Positions 14,063 through 26,733 of a stretch of 64,000 nucleotides of DNA are shown in pieces (position 1 is the first letter of the stretch; the number at the start of each line of letters is the position of its first letter). The position numbers and the translations under genes are program-made. Source of the stretch: Mytilus trossulus (Eukaryota); assembly GCF_036588685.1 (NCBI RefSeq), contig NC_086377.1, positions 20,212,001 to 20,276,000 on the forward strand. Direction: 5' to 3'. The notes below the pieces were generated by a model that had not been told where the DNA came from, made no database searches, and saw only the letters and a program-made list of their open reading frames with translations.

Positions 14063-17000
14063 ATAACAAGACTACAAGAGCTGTTCAGAGGACGATTTAC
14101 GTTTCAGGAAACACAGTCACTTTTCAACCATTTCCATGGAGATTGTCTGGCAGCTGCTAATTTTGTCATCGATGGTAAATAAATTTATTTTTATTGAAAA
14201 CAAAATCTATATCATGATTGTGAAAAACATTTATATATGGTATAGAAATAACGTACATGAAGTTAAGATTATTCTGGTTTTGATTCATATTAGATTCATT
14301 ACCAGAAAAGGTAGTTATATTTTACTGATTTATTAGGACAGACTAAATGTTTATGGGTGAAATAGATCCATGTATCTATTATTTTTATTTTTTTCCTCCT
14401 GTTTAAATTAACCACATTCAATAGTTTACCCCTCCCCCTTTTTCAATGAAATCTACCCAAGTGGGCCTCTTGTTTAAGTCAAAATTGAAAAACTACCCAA
14501 AACTTTTTTATATTGAAGAATTTGCTACAATACAACTATCTCGACACTAGAAAGACCACACCTTTCTTTTGTTTGGCTATACTGGTCTTTATACATGCCT
14601 ACTTTATCATGGTTTTTAGACTGTAGTTGACCCACCAGTGCATATAAAATTTGAAATAAAATTCAAGAAAAAACAAAATGAATAATCAAGTTAGTGTTTT
14701 GGTAAGAATATGTATTACTTGTCACACCTAATCACAAAAATCCATGTCATGATGGATAGTTTTTAGAAAAATTCTACTTTTTAAACAAATTTTTAACCCA
14801 AATATGGAAGTTTCAATTAACCATGCAGTGCCGCAGACAGAAAAAGAAGTATTCTAAAAACAGATGTTGGCATGACACGGGTTATGTTCTTCTCATATAT
14901 GTTATGATGGTATGATACTAAACCCCTAACGAGAAGGATTGTGCCTGATGTTCATATGATGAAATCATAATCTTTCAGTCAGTTTAATTGAAGTCTGGAG
15001 CTGGCATGTCAGTTAACTGCTAGTAGTCTGTTGTTATTTATGTATTATTGTCTTTTGTTTATTTTCTTTGGTTACATCTTCTTACATCAGACTCGGACTT
15101 CTCTTGACTTGAATTTTAATGTGCGTATTGTTATGCGTTTACTTTTCTACATTGGTTAGAGGTATAGGGGCAGGGTTGAGATCTCACAAACATGTTTAAC
15201 CCCGCCGAATTTTTGCGTCTGTCCCAAGTCAGGAGCCTCTGGCCTTTATTAGTCTTGTATTATTTTAATTTTAGTTTCTTGTGTACAATTTGGAAATTAG
15301 TATGGCGTTCATTATCACTGAACTAGTATATACTTGTTTAGGGGCCAGCTGAAGGACGCCTCCGGGTGCGGGAATTTCTCGCTACATTGAAGACCTGTTG
15401 GTGACCTTCTGCTGTTGTTTTTTTTATTTGGTCGGGTTGTTGTCTCTTTGACACATTCCCCATTTCCATTCTCAATTTTATTTACTGATAAAGTCATGTG
15501 TCTGCTGAAAATGTTTAAAGATTCGTCTTCATTTTCGTCGAACACACACAACAAATGACGCAAACTATCGTCGCCTTATGGAAGCTGGCGTGTCATGTTT
15601 AGGATTTTTTGTCACATTTTCGGAATCCTCTGGTTTTATCCATTTGAATGCCTTGAAAACAATTGCCTGGTGACCCGCACTTTTCTTTTTGTAAATCTTT
15701 TACATGTATAAAGATAAGCCATCTGTAAAAGTGTTATACATTTTTATTTATTCTTTAACAGTTTTTAAAAACTTCAACTCGTCAAGGATAATATTTTCCC
15801 GTCAAAATTTCAATGGCTAATACCTCGAAAACAAGCATAGTGACCTATATATATATTGCGCTTTTAATTTTTTTTTTATTAATACCCTATCAATATAAAC
15901 TGGTGTTTTGAAAAAAAGTATTTTTTTTGAAACTGATAAGCTAACTCCCTTAAATGGATTACAATTGTAATCAACGTAATAATTGTAAGTGTGTTGCTTA
16001 TTTTATGTTCAGTGGCAAATATTTATTAATCATGAACTTTTGACGAAGTCCATACGTTATATATACCTGCAAGATTTTTGTTAATGACCCATCAAAGTAC
16101 TTAAAAAAACAAGGCTTCGGATACGTACAATAACATTAGAACACATGATTTTCATATACAATTCAAATAATAAAATGCTACACTATTTACAATATTGCAT
16201 CATATCTAGATAAATTACATAATTACAATTAACAGTTTGATAAGGCTACGAGAGCTGTTAAAGTGGATGGAAGTTGGCACGTTCTACTGTGGTGAGACGA
16301 TGAAATGTTATTTTCTTTCTGCATTGTGTTACTACACTAAAGGTTGACGAATGTGTCTTATATTATATTATGCCCTTTGATTATGCAATCAATATACACG
16401 TTTTCTTTGCAGAAGAACCACAAAGAGTCAGAGATGTTATTGGCACCGAAAATGAAACGGTAGGATTATTTTTGTGCATGTTTACAATTTTCTAAATAAA
16501 TAAATTTATATTCAGGAATCCTGAAGTTAAATGGTCTATGCTGACGTGCGATGTCCCCTCGATGGTCCCATCGCTGATGTGCAATGGTCCATTTGACCCT
16601 AACTACAGTTTGATACTAAATGAGAGATTGATCTCAGTAATTTAGCTGTGTGTGAAAATAATTCTGCTGTGAAAGTTTGTCCTTGTTTACTTCTTCTCTT
16701 GGAATTCCTGTGTACGGGATACAATTATTATATTATGTAGATATAAACAAAAAGATGTGGTATGATTGCCAATGAGACAACTCTCCACAAAATACCAAAT
16801 CAACATAGACATTTACAACTATAGGTAACCGTACGGCCTTCAACAATGAGCAAATCCCATACCACATAGTCAGCTATAAAAGGCCCGGTAAGGCAATGTA
16901 AAACAATTCAAACGAGAAAACTAAGGGCCTCATTTATTTTTAAAAAATGAACGAAAAACAAATATGTAACACATAAACGAACGACAACCACTAAATTATA

Positions 17001-20000
17001 GACTCCTGACTTTGGACAGGCACATACATAAATAATGTGTCGGGGTTAAACATGTTAGCGAGATCCCAACCCTCCCCTAATCTGGAACAGTGGTATAACA
17101 GTATACATAAGAACGAACTAAAAAAATAGTTGAAAAAGGCTTAACTCACCAGATTAATGCATGTTTGCAATTTTTTAAATAAATAAATTTATATTCAGGA
17201 ACGCTGAAGTAAAATGGTCTAAGCTGACGTGCGATATCCGCTTGATTGTCCCATCGCTGATGTGCATGGACCATATGATCTTAATTACAGTTTGACATGA
17301 AACGAGAGATTGCTCTCAATAATTTTGCTGCGTGTGAAAACAATTCTGCATAGATGTTTGTCTTTGTTTACTTCTTCTTTTGGAATCAATGTTTACAGGG
17401 TGCAAGTATTATATAACGAAGATACTAAAAAGATGTGGTATGATTGCCAATGAGAAAACTCTCCACAAAAGTTCAAAATAACACAGATATTCACAACTAT
17501 AAGTCACCGTAAGGCCTTTAACAATGAACAATGCCCATACTGGATAGTCAGCTATAATGGCCCCGCATGGCAATGTAAAACAATTCAAACGAGAAAACTG
17601 AAGGCCCAATTTATGTTTACAAAATGAACGAAAAACAAATATGTAACACATAAACAAACGACAACCACTGAATTATCATGATTATAGACTCCTGACTTTG
17701 AACAGCCACATACATACATAATGTGGCGGGGTTAAACATATTAGCGGGATACCAACCCTCCCCTAACATCGGACAGCGGTATAACAGTACAACATAAGAA
17801 CGAACTTTAAAAATCAGTTGAAAAATGATTACTCCATCAGATGGACAAAAATACAAGTAAACGTGACCGGGTACTTGTACATCCCAACAACAAAAATACA
17901 CTAGGAACAGATCTGGGAGTATGTGGATCTTTATGTATCTGTTAAGAGAATACCACGATCCTTGTAAGTAATAAAGAAATGGCATTCTGTAGAAAATAAA
18001 AGGATCATCAGTATAAAAGATTCCCCTCGATTTAGAAATCCCCTTTCTAGCAAAGCCCATACCGCAACCCATAAGAGGTTCCGAAATGATTTGTCTCGTT
18101 TTATAGTTTGCTATCTGAAAACCTACCATGCTTTTAAGTTATGGTAATAACATGTAGTTTTTGATTTAATGAAACAACAACTTTTGCATGCACGTCTGTG
18201 GTTGTCAATTTCAGGACGATTGTACGAACAATAGCCTTATTCATGAAACACAATCTAAAGTAACAACTGGCACTTCTCTTTTAGATTTCCTTTCTCTTCC
18301 TTTTTCTTTTTCTTGTAAGTATTATACCATTCTCTGTTAACAAATAAATCCATCTGTGATTGATCGAACACTAACTCTAGAGGACCTGTCAAGTTCATGG
18401 TAAATGGAGATTTCTCTGTACAACTTATCACATGCATGATTATAAAAGATTCTTATATAACAACGTCATTGGTCAAACGTCGTAGTACACAAGATCAGTC
18501 AAATATGACATAATTTTGTTTTGATATAGGAGGCGGCTACTCACAAGTAAATTTTAATAAACGTAAAATTTATTATTATGAAAGTTTAACAGATGACATT
18601 AACATCGTAAGATCGGTGTCGTTATAGTCAATTTGTATCTTCTGTGCGGATTTTTACTTGTCGTTCCTTCTTTTTTTTCTGTTGTCATGGTCATATGCGA
18701 TTACTACTTGGACATTTGGTTTGTAGTTGATACCTTTTATTGTTGTCCTTTGTTTGGTCTAATAAAATGTAATCGGTTACTATTGTAAAACGAAACATTC
18801 GCCTGTAGTTAATGACATTTATCACTTATTTTTTCTTCCAATTTGGACAGTTTCTCTTATTTTGTTTTTTATTTCTAGTGGCAAATTGTTGCAAATAACC
18901 ACAATTGGAACAACCTTGTGCGACAAGGAATTATCCCAAAACAGGAGAGACAGTTTGCATGCGGACCATGTGATAACGTTTGGTGGAGAAAAGTTCCAAG
19001 TCGAAAGCTGGTATGTTTAATTTAGTTGAAAGTGTTTTGCAAGAAGCAAATGTTTATTTATTTTAATCTGTGTCTACACTATGTAATTAAAGGACCTATA
19101 ATTTTGTCGTGATATTGTTGTATTTGTGCCATAACATGTCTGAAATGGACTATTGCTATAGCATTAAAAACTTAAATCACAAAAATACTAAACTCTAGGA
19201 AAATCTAATTGGAAACTCCATAGTCACATGCGAGAAATGTCATATTCCTGACTTATTACAGGCATTTTCAAATGTAGAAAATGGTGGATTAAACCTGGTT
19301 TTATTGCGCCTAACCTCTTCTTTAAATTTTGTGTTCGTCTAGGACCAAGGAATTGCAGATTGGTAGGATGTAACATTTTTTTACAAATGATGTATGCTTG
19401 TTCGAAGGACGATATGGTCCAAATAGTATATAAATTGCGAACAAATTTAAATTTTTGAAGTATTAATGATGGTTAACCCAGGATAAATAACTACCAAAGT
19501 TAAATCTGACAATCTCTTTCGGAACAAGAACATATCAACAATAAACCAATAGGTAGGTGAATTGACAGACCTTTCTTTCTTCAGTTCGAAATTTGATCAG
19601 ATATTCTGCATTGAAGAATCGTTATGATAAAGTATACATTTAGTTTTCCGTCTTACATAGTCGTTTTAGTAGCATTTACTGTAAAGTTCACGGTCAAATT
19701 GAATTACATGTGTGATATCGTGTTTTATTTGCACTGCTTTTCGCATAAGTGAAATGCAACCCTATATTAAAACGTTGATCTTATTCATTGTGAAAGATGA
19801 ACTGTACACTAAACTCATTATATTATCCAAATTGCTAGCTCTACTATACTTTAAACCAGGTATCAACATGTATGCTGTGTAATACAAGATATGAAGCTGT
19901 ACCAAAAGAATATGAATGGGGAAGAGCAAAATATCGTTGCCAATTTTGTGGAAATGTCTTTATGTATGTATAAAAAATCAACAATATAAATTTTAGATTT

Positions 20001-21500
20001 TCATTAGATTTCGTGGGATTGAAAAAGTATAACAGTAGTAGCTCGCTTCAAGGGTAATTCAAAAGAATATTGAAGGTCATACAAACTGACATTATCAAAC
20101 ATTAAACTTGATCCAAACACAGAGAAGTGTATGCGTTATTAACTAGCAATATTCATAATTAAAGAATAACAATTTCTGAACATTGTTAAGTTCGACTACT
20201 TTACGTCTGTACAGTTAATTTACTTTATACAATATAACATGCTCAGTGGTATGCTGCGCATACTCTTTTTATTTTGAACATCTAAATAACATACCTTTTG
20301 GAAAGTTTGTATAATCGAAACTAATGTCCAAATAGATCTATAATATTTCCTTGTTATTCATGTTGTTGTAATACAGAAAATTCTGAGTTAATAAAGGGGA
20401 GAAATTAATGAAATTTTACAATGAAGAATGGGTAGAACCTTAACGTATAATGTTTCATCCATCATTTCAGAGGATTTGGACAAATGGGAATCGCTTCTAG
20501 TTTGTGTTACAGATGTCAAACTGCTTGTGCTCCATTGGAAATCCTACCAGGACGACAAAGAACTGAAGGAACCCCATCGAGAAATGTCCATTCATGTCTT
20601 TGTCATAGTTGTTTTAATCGTGCAGGTATGTTTTCAATAAGAAGCAACTTCTTGTTCATTTAGATATTTTGTTTTCAACATCTTTCCAAATGGCATTCAA
20701 AACAGTAACATTTACATAATATTACAAATATGAACATACTCTAAGCAAACATAAATAAACATTATAAAGGTATAAATTGCATATGAAATATAAATGAAAA
20801 CAACACATTATATATTTCATGCATCCGAAGCTTTTTTACGGATTTACCATCAACAAAAAATACGATCAGATCCGAATCTTAGAATGCTTAATAGCATAAC
20901 TAACAGTTGGTTAATTACCCGTTATAACTGTCATGCTTTAGAAAAACTTCCTCAACATCGCATTCATAAAAACTGCAAGAGCCTAAACTTTCATACGCTA
21001 GAAATATGATTTTGATTCAAGACTGTCATATATGACAATCCTTTTCATTGTTTTTATCCATTCATTTAATGAGTTTGACCTTTTTTTTTGCACTTTAATC
21101 AGGGACTTTCAGTTTTGAATTCAGTATTTTTTTTTATTTTACTTTATTTTACCAGCAAATTCCAAGAATTTAGAACTTTTTAGTAATTTGTTAATTCGTT
21201 TTTTTTTGTTAAATATAATACAAATCAAATTATATTTTAGATATTAATTTAGACACATATGCAGGTTTGCCAAATCGTGATTGACCTCGTCTTATTTTTT
21301 GAGTGTATAAAATCTATATTTCAGATGGACATATTATAGAAGCATCCTGTGTGCATCCTCGATCATTGGAAAGGCAGGTAGTTTATGCTAGCCTTCAACA
21401 CTTCAGTAGTGGATCCACAGTTGATACTTTCTTAACACAAGATGACCTGGCGTCCCTGGCTTCAGATTTTGAACCAACTTTATCAGATATTGATGAATAA
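14063..21500 (+). CDS. SHFL: Shiftless antiviral inhibitor of ribosomal frameshifting homolog, copy A (multi-exon)
   Basis: Six GT-AG exons with matching phases: 14063-14174, 16413-16459, 18879-19010, 19860-19963, 20471-20625, 21325-21500 (TAA). They give an uninterrupted 241-aa frame: [109 protein letters not shown]. These motifs match human SHFL/C19orf66 as recalled (RQFACSSCDHVWWRRVP, GWAQMG, CAHPKS, HISSGSTV). The first coding exon is uncertain (candidate ATG at 13762). Confidence 0.9.
14860..15482. repeat. Dispersed non-coding interspersed repeat
   Basis: Its 3' part (GCTGAAGGACGCCTCCGGGTGCGGGAATTT..TTGACACATTCCCCATT) recurs at about 62277-62410. Small ORFs here are spurious. Confidence 0.6.
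16476..17920 (+). repeat. Diverged tandem duplication of about 680 bp in a SHFL-A intron, each unit containing a SINE-like repeat
   Basis: GCATGTTT.CAATTTT.TAAATAAATAAATTTATATTCAGGAA near 16476 and 17159. Each is followed by AAGATGTGGTATGATTGCCAATGAGA (about 16752 and 17430). The same family occurs at about 57820-58190 and, inverted, at 42840-43030. Confidence 0.8.
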
Positions 21501-24159
21501 TCGAGCACCAGATGAAAGATAGAAAATAAATGTTAAAAGCATCTTTTTTCATTTTTTATACTTGTGAAAGTAACACCGTACAACATATGATTTATTAAAC
21601 AGCAGCTGAACAGCATATCATTTAGGGACTTGATGCCCATGAGCTACATTGCATCTGAAAATGTCACCCAGGTGTCTACCAAACCCGATTAAAATATTAC
21701 AACGTTTTGTTTATTCTTGAGACTCTAAAATCAACCAAAAATAATGTCTCTTATTATAGTGACTATCATATCAGTTGATTTTTCATGGTCATAAGATGCT
21801 TAACACAAGGACATTTTACCCATATCCTCTCCAAACAGAACAACACATTGCAGCTTTTTGGTTTATTCTTGTAGTTAATGCGTATTATACTACTACTTTT
21901 TATAACAACTGCTGCACCTAGTAACTCTAACGAAAAAAAAACATGCTGTCATGGCCGTTTTATACTTCCGCAAAAGTTATACCCAACAAAATCATTAAAC
22001 TAACAAACAAACGAACAGATACAGTTAATTATCGCGTACATTTATTATTGCGATTGTGTCATTTAAGACTATGCGATTTAAATATTTGCTAAATTGAAAA
22101 CAATCATATTAAAATTATCAAAGTTGCGAGTTAAAATTATTGTGATTATAACAATTTTTCGCAATAACAGAAACATCGCATCAGTTTCTGGATTTACAGT
22201 AAATCAACAGACAAAACCTTAGGTTCAACAAACAACAATAACAAAACCAACATCAACAGTAAAATAACTATAAAAACAAACAAACAAACAAAAAAAACAT
22301 TGTGCGCATTTGCTGAATAAACGCGGTATTAAATTTTGTATCACAGTTTTTCATTTTGGTGCGATAAACCGATAAAATACCGTGTTATTGAACATAGGGT
22401 CAAATACATTTTGCGGAAAATGATGACAAAGTCGGCTCTTGATTACTAAGGTGTGAATTAAGTACTCAAATACCTGCAAAGGTATTTAACATTTTAAGTA
22501 GACCATGTTTAAGTTTAATCTTTACGATTTAATACCGATATTTTAATTATAGAGTGAGATAACTAAGAATCAAATGTTTTGATTAAAAGAAAACAAGTAT
22601 ATAAATATCAGACCGATTGGGCAATTATTAATCTCGGTACTGTGTATTCAATTTCATTATATGGAAAGTACATTGCCTTGTACTTTTGTTGACTAGTGTA
22701 TATGAACAGTTTGTCAAATAGTCTTACAAAATTTGCATTAACAAGATGTTTTGTTACACTCATCATATTCAAAATACATTCTGATGTATTGGATCAAATG
22801 TTTGCAATTCTACTATTATGAATTATAGTCGTGCACTTACTATTGTCGTGATGTTTTCTCAAGAACTTTAAAAAGCACAAAGCACATGTGTAAGGTACAC
22901 ACATTGTTGAAAGAAAAGATAGAAAGGATAACTTCGATAGTGCTAATTGATTCTTACAGAAAAATGAAGTTACACAAAATCCTTTTACAAATGGAAAGAC
23001 AAAGATTTTCACGTGCCTCGTAATACTTTTGTGAATGTTTATCAAGTTACGACAGGTTAACTTAGAAAATATACAACAAAAGTTCATTTCAAAATACCAT
23101 AAACGCTTTGTTCGTCATAAAAATACTTCGTTTTTTTGTTATCTTTTTTTATAATTTCGAACTAAAACTATAAAGGAACGGAAAATCAACGACAACCCCT
23201 AGATGAATTTCAAAAACCCAAAAAATTAACACGATTTGTGACATGTTGATAAGTTGAAATATTATCTTTGACCTAAATATGAATAATTTGTAAATACCAA
23301 AAACTGTGATAAAATAGTGATATGATATTATCTAGATTACAGATGTGAACTTGGCCATGTCGCGAGGATTTAAAGTGTGAAAACGGAAGAAGACAACTAC
23401 AAGGTAATATATAATTTGTTAATATGCAGTGAACCTTTCTGTTTTATCTAATTAATTTGAGCCATTTCTGTTTTACGGAAGTCGTGCCTGAAGTCAAAGA
23501 TATTGGTAGATAGTTGAGAAGAAAAAGCATATAATATATACAAATATGGTCTTTGTCTGGTGTTTGTAGGTACATATTTTCGTGGATTGAGTAAAATTTG
23601 TGGACAGTTGATTTTAAAATTGGTATTCCAGGAATCAAATGAAGCCACAGTAACTCATGTTTTAAATGATATTATTTGTGTCATTTTACTGTTTTTTTTT
23701 GTTCAATCATAAATGAACGTGACATAGTGAAATGATATATAGCTTTAGCAAGTAGTATGTTTTAATTTTGTCAAATTAAGCTGAGAGACATTGATGATGA
23801 ATTATACACTTGGAAGTGATTAATTCGACTGCATTAAATCCGTAGTCATGCGAACTTAATTTTAACCCCTATGATGGATACCGCATGCATGGTTCAAAGA
23901 AAAAGAATGCCAACATTTAAAGGGAACCAAAGGTTAATCATTTGATTGATTGATTCAATCCACAAAAAGTAATTTTAATACAGATAAAACAGATTATTTA
24001 GATACATTCAAAATCTTAAATAGGAATTTGAACTGACATAAAATAATCCAAAATGCACGAGTCAGATATCTTTTCATTTCTATATTTAGGTTTATATCGA
24101 TCATAACAACTTGAGGTATTCGGGGTTCAACTTGTCAGTTTGTTCGATGCCGTCTAGAC

Positions 24160-24790
24160 TTAAGAAATAATTCATGGGGGCTTGAATATATCGTGATTTT
24201 ACCACGGGTTGGCCCTTTATGACAAGTATTTTACCCTGAGCGATAGCGAGGGTTAAAATATCGGCATAAAGGGACAACCCGTGGTAAAATTTAGATATAT
24301 TCAAGCCCACATGAAATATTTCGATTCTAATAGGACAAATACGGCAATTATTTTGGATCGAAGCGCTCTAGGTGATGGCATTTTTTGCCGTTCCAATAAA
24401 TAAACGCACTTTTAAATTGACGTAAAATAACAGAGCAAACTAAATAAATGATGATGCTCAAACTATTTATAATAACATATTTAGATAATTTTAGACGAAT
24501 CTAATTATTAGTGTACTTATATGTTTCATATGTATACAAACATGGCTTATATAACTCATTTTAGCATCATCTGTTTACGTTTCCATGTTGTGATGATTTT
24601 CCGTTTCACAAGCGTGTATTTTCCCGTAAATTGCATATATATGCTGACGTCATTGTTCTATGACGTCGAGTAGCTTATTCATAAAAAAAAACATATGACG
24701 TGGGAGAATAATCGGAACAGCCCTTACAATATATTCATATTTTACCACGGGTATGTACTCAAAGCGTTTTATGGACGTCATGTTAGAATA
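24160..24790. mobile_element. Crypton-like non-autonomous hairpin element
   Basis: Inverted arms of about 68 bp (24169-24317) around the loop GAGCGATAGCG, followed by a domain bounded by TTCTAA..TTAGAA. Family assignment is from recalled Crypton-like architecture. Confidence 0.55.
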
Positions 24791-25025
24791 AAATACTTAC
24801 AAAACACAGTTACATATTATCACGCCAATGCCAAGTCTATGAATTTTTTTTCACTTTTTACAACCTAAATAAATGTTTTAAATCAAATATGATGATTTGA
24901 TTCAAATCGGTGAACATGAACTTGACAGCTAGTACCCCTTCAAAATAATTTTACAAATACAATATTTAAAACAATATTGATGTTGATACAGCAATGTGTT
25001 TTTTTATTTCCTATCATAGGCAATC

Positions 25026-26733
25026 ATGGCTTCATCATCGGAAGAGTTTTGTACGCTCTGTGGACAGCTCCATATAACAAAAGTAGCTGAAATATGGTGT
25101 TATGACTGTCAAGATTATCTTTGTTCTGATTGCCGAAGACCTCATAGTGTTTCAAAATTGTCTAAACGACACACTTCAGTTGCAATTGACGAGTACAGGG
25201 CATTTCCAGCCTACATCCGATCAATTAAACACGTCTGTATGGAACACGACGAGCAGTTTGATTCTTTCTGTCGAACACACAACGTTACTTGTTGTAGAAA
25301 GTGCATATTTTTAGAGCACAAATCTTGCACAGACGTATCACTCTTTGAAGAAACGACGCTAAACACCTTACACGCAACAAAATTATCGAACACAGAACAG
25401 GGCGTACACGATGTCAGAGAATATATACAAAAAGTAAAGAAAGACCGGGTTAATAACAAGCGAAAAATTTCAAAACAAGAACAATCAGTAAAAGAAGATA
25501 TAAATAAAGTTCGTAAAATAATAAATGACCGCCTTGATGATATTGAAAAGACGACTTTGAGCGAACTTTCTAAAGTGGTGCAGACTGAAATCAAAAGCAA
25601 TGATCGATCTATAAATACATTAGATACGATCGAAACTGATGTTACAAATTTATCACACAACGTTCAACTTTTGAGAGAAAATGCAACCAATATGCAAATT
25701 CTTGTAGGGATTCAGGCAATAGATACATCATTGGTGTCTGCTGAACGAAATCTAGAGACTTTCCGAAAAGAAGGAAATACAGATATTAGATCAATCATAT
25801 TTAAGGCTGAAAATGTTGACACCATTCTTAAAGATGTTAATACCCTTGGTACTTTAGAAATTTCAAAAACATCAAGTGGTATTGATATAACTGAGACCAA
25901 TTCGGCACAAGCGCAGATTGTCCCAATACCTTCAAATACGCATTCTACAGTTTCTCTGCAATTAAATAAAATTATTGAAATCTACCACACGGATTCGAAT
26001 TATTTGATATGCGGTTGTACATTCTTGACCAATCACGACGTGTTAATAGGTGAATTTACACGTGATGGTTACTCTAATCAATTGTTTTGGGTCAATAAAC
26101 GAGGGTATGTCAAACGATTACAAGTTGAGAAAGGCACTCCAATATTTGATATAGAAAATGTGTCGAAAGATGGATATACAATTGCAATCTCTACCCGAAG
26201 TAATAAAGTTTTTCTTTTAAATTTGACAAATTCGAAAATTACAGAAATACCAGTTAATGGCAAAACAAATGGCATTTCATATCACAATGGTACACTTTAC
26301 TGTTGTGTATCACCCAAAAGGAATTATTAGCCTGAACATTGATGATGAATCAACCAATGCGTTTGATCTCCTTCCGTATAGTTGCAAATTATACTCGTAC
26401 ATAGCAATTTATAATGACCATCTTTACTATACGAAAACCGAGACAAGTATTGAGTGTTGTGATACAAAAGGAAACGTTATATGGACTTTCGAAGACACAC
26501 ATATCTTAAAGCAACCACGTGGTATAGTCGTCGATAAAAATGAAAATATCTTTGTAGTCGGTCGGCGTTCTGCAAATGTGGTAGTTATATCAGCAGATGG
26601 TAAAACATGCAGAGAAGTTTTAAATAGGGATTCTGGACTGAGTTGCCCTAGAGCTATTGCATACGACAGGCAATACAATAGATTGCTCGTTTGCAACAAT
26701 AAATCGAAGGCTTTTATTTATGATATTGTGTGA
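25026..26733 (+). pseudogene. RING-less TRIM-like protein (two B-boxes, coiled coil, NHL/beta-propeller repeats) with one frameshift (pseudogene or assembly indel)
   Basis: ORF 25026-26330 has B-box1 (CTLC..CYDCQDYLCSDCRRPH..H), B-box2 (CMEH..FCRTHNVTCCRKC..H) and a coiled coil. ORF 26257-26733 continues in the +1 frame with NHL-like blades (LKQPRGIVVDKNENIFVVG, LSCPRAIAYD..RLLVCN). The frame switch is near 26310-26320. A splice acceptor (catag) lies just before the ATG. Confidence 0.8.

Noticed and set aside
17409-18129. ORFs of 82 and 170 aa on the minus strand
   Set aside because: They overlap a SINE-like repeat in a SHFL intron and have no recognisable domain.
26305-26330. -1 programmed frameshift site in the TRIM gene regulated by Shiftless
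   Set aside because: The downstream ORF is in the +1 frame, and CCCAAAA is not phased as X XXY YYZ in the upstream frame.
25211-26699. Antisense and alternative-frame ORFs over the TRIM gene (similar ones over the Kv exons and LINEs)
   Set aside because: Shadow ORFs of real coding sequence with no independent motifs.
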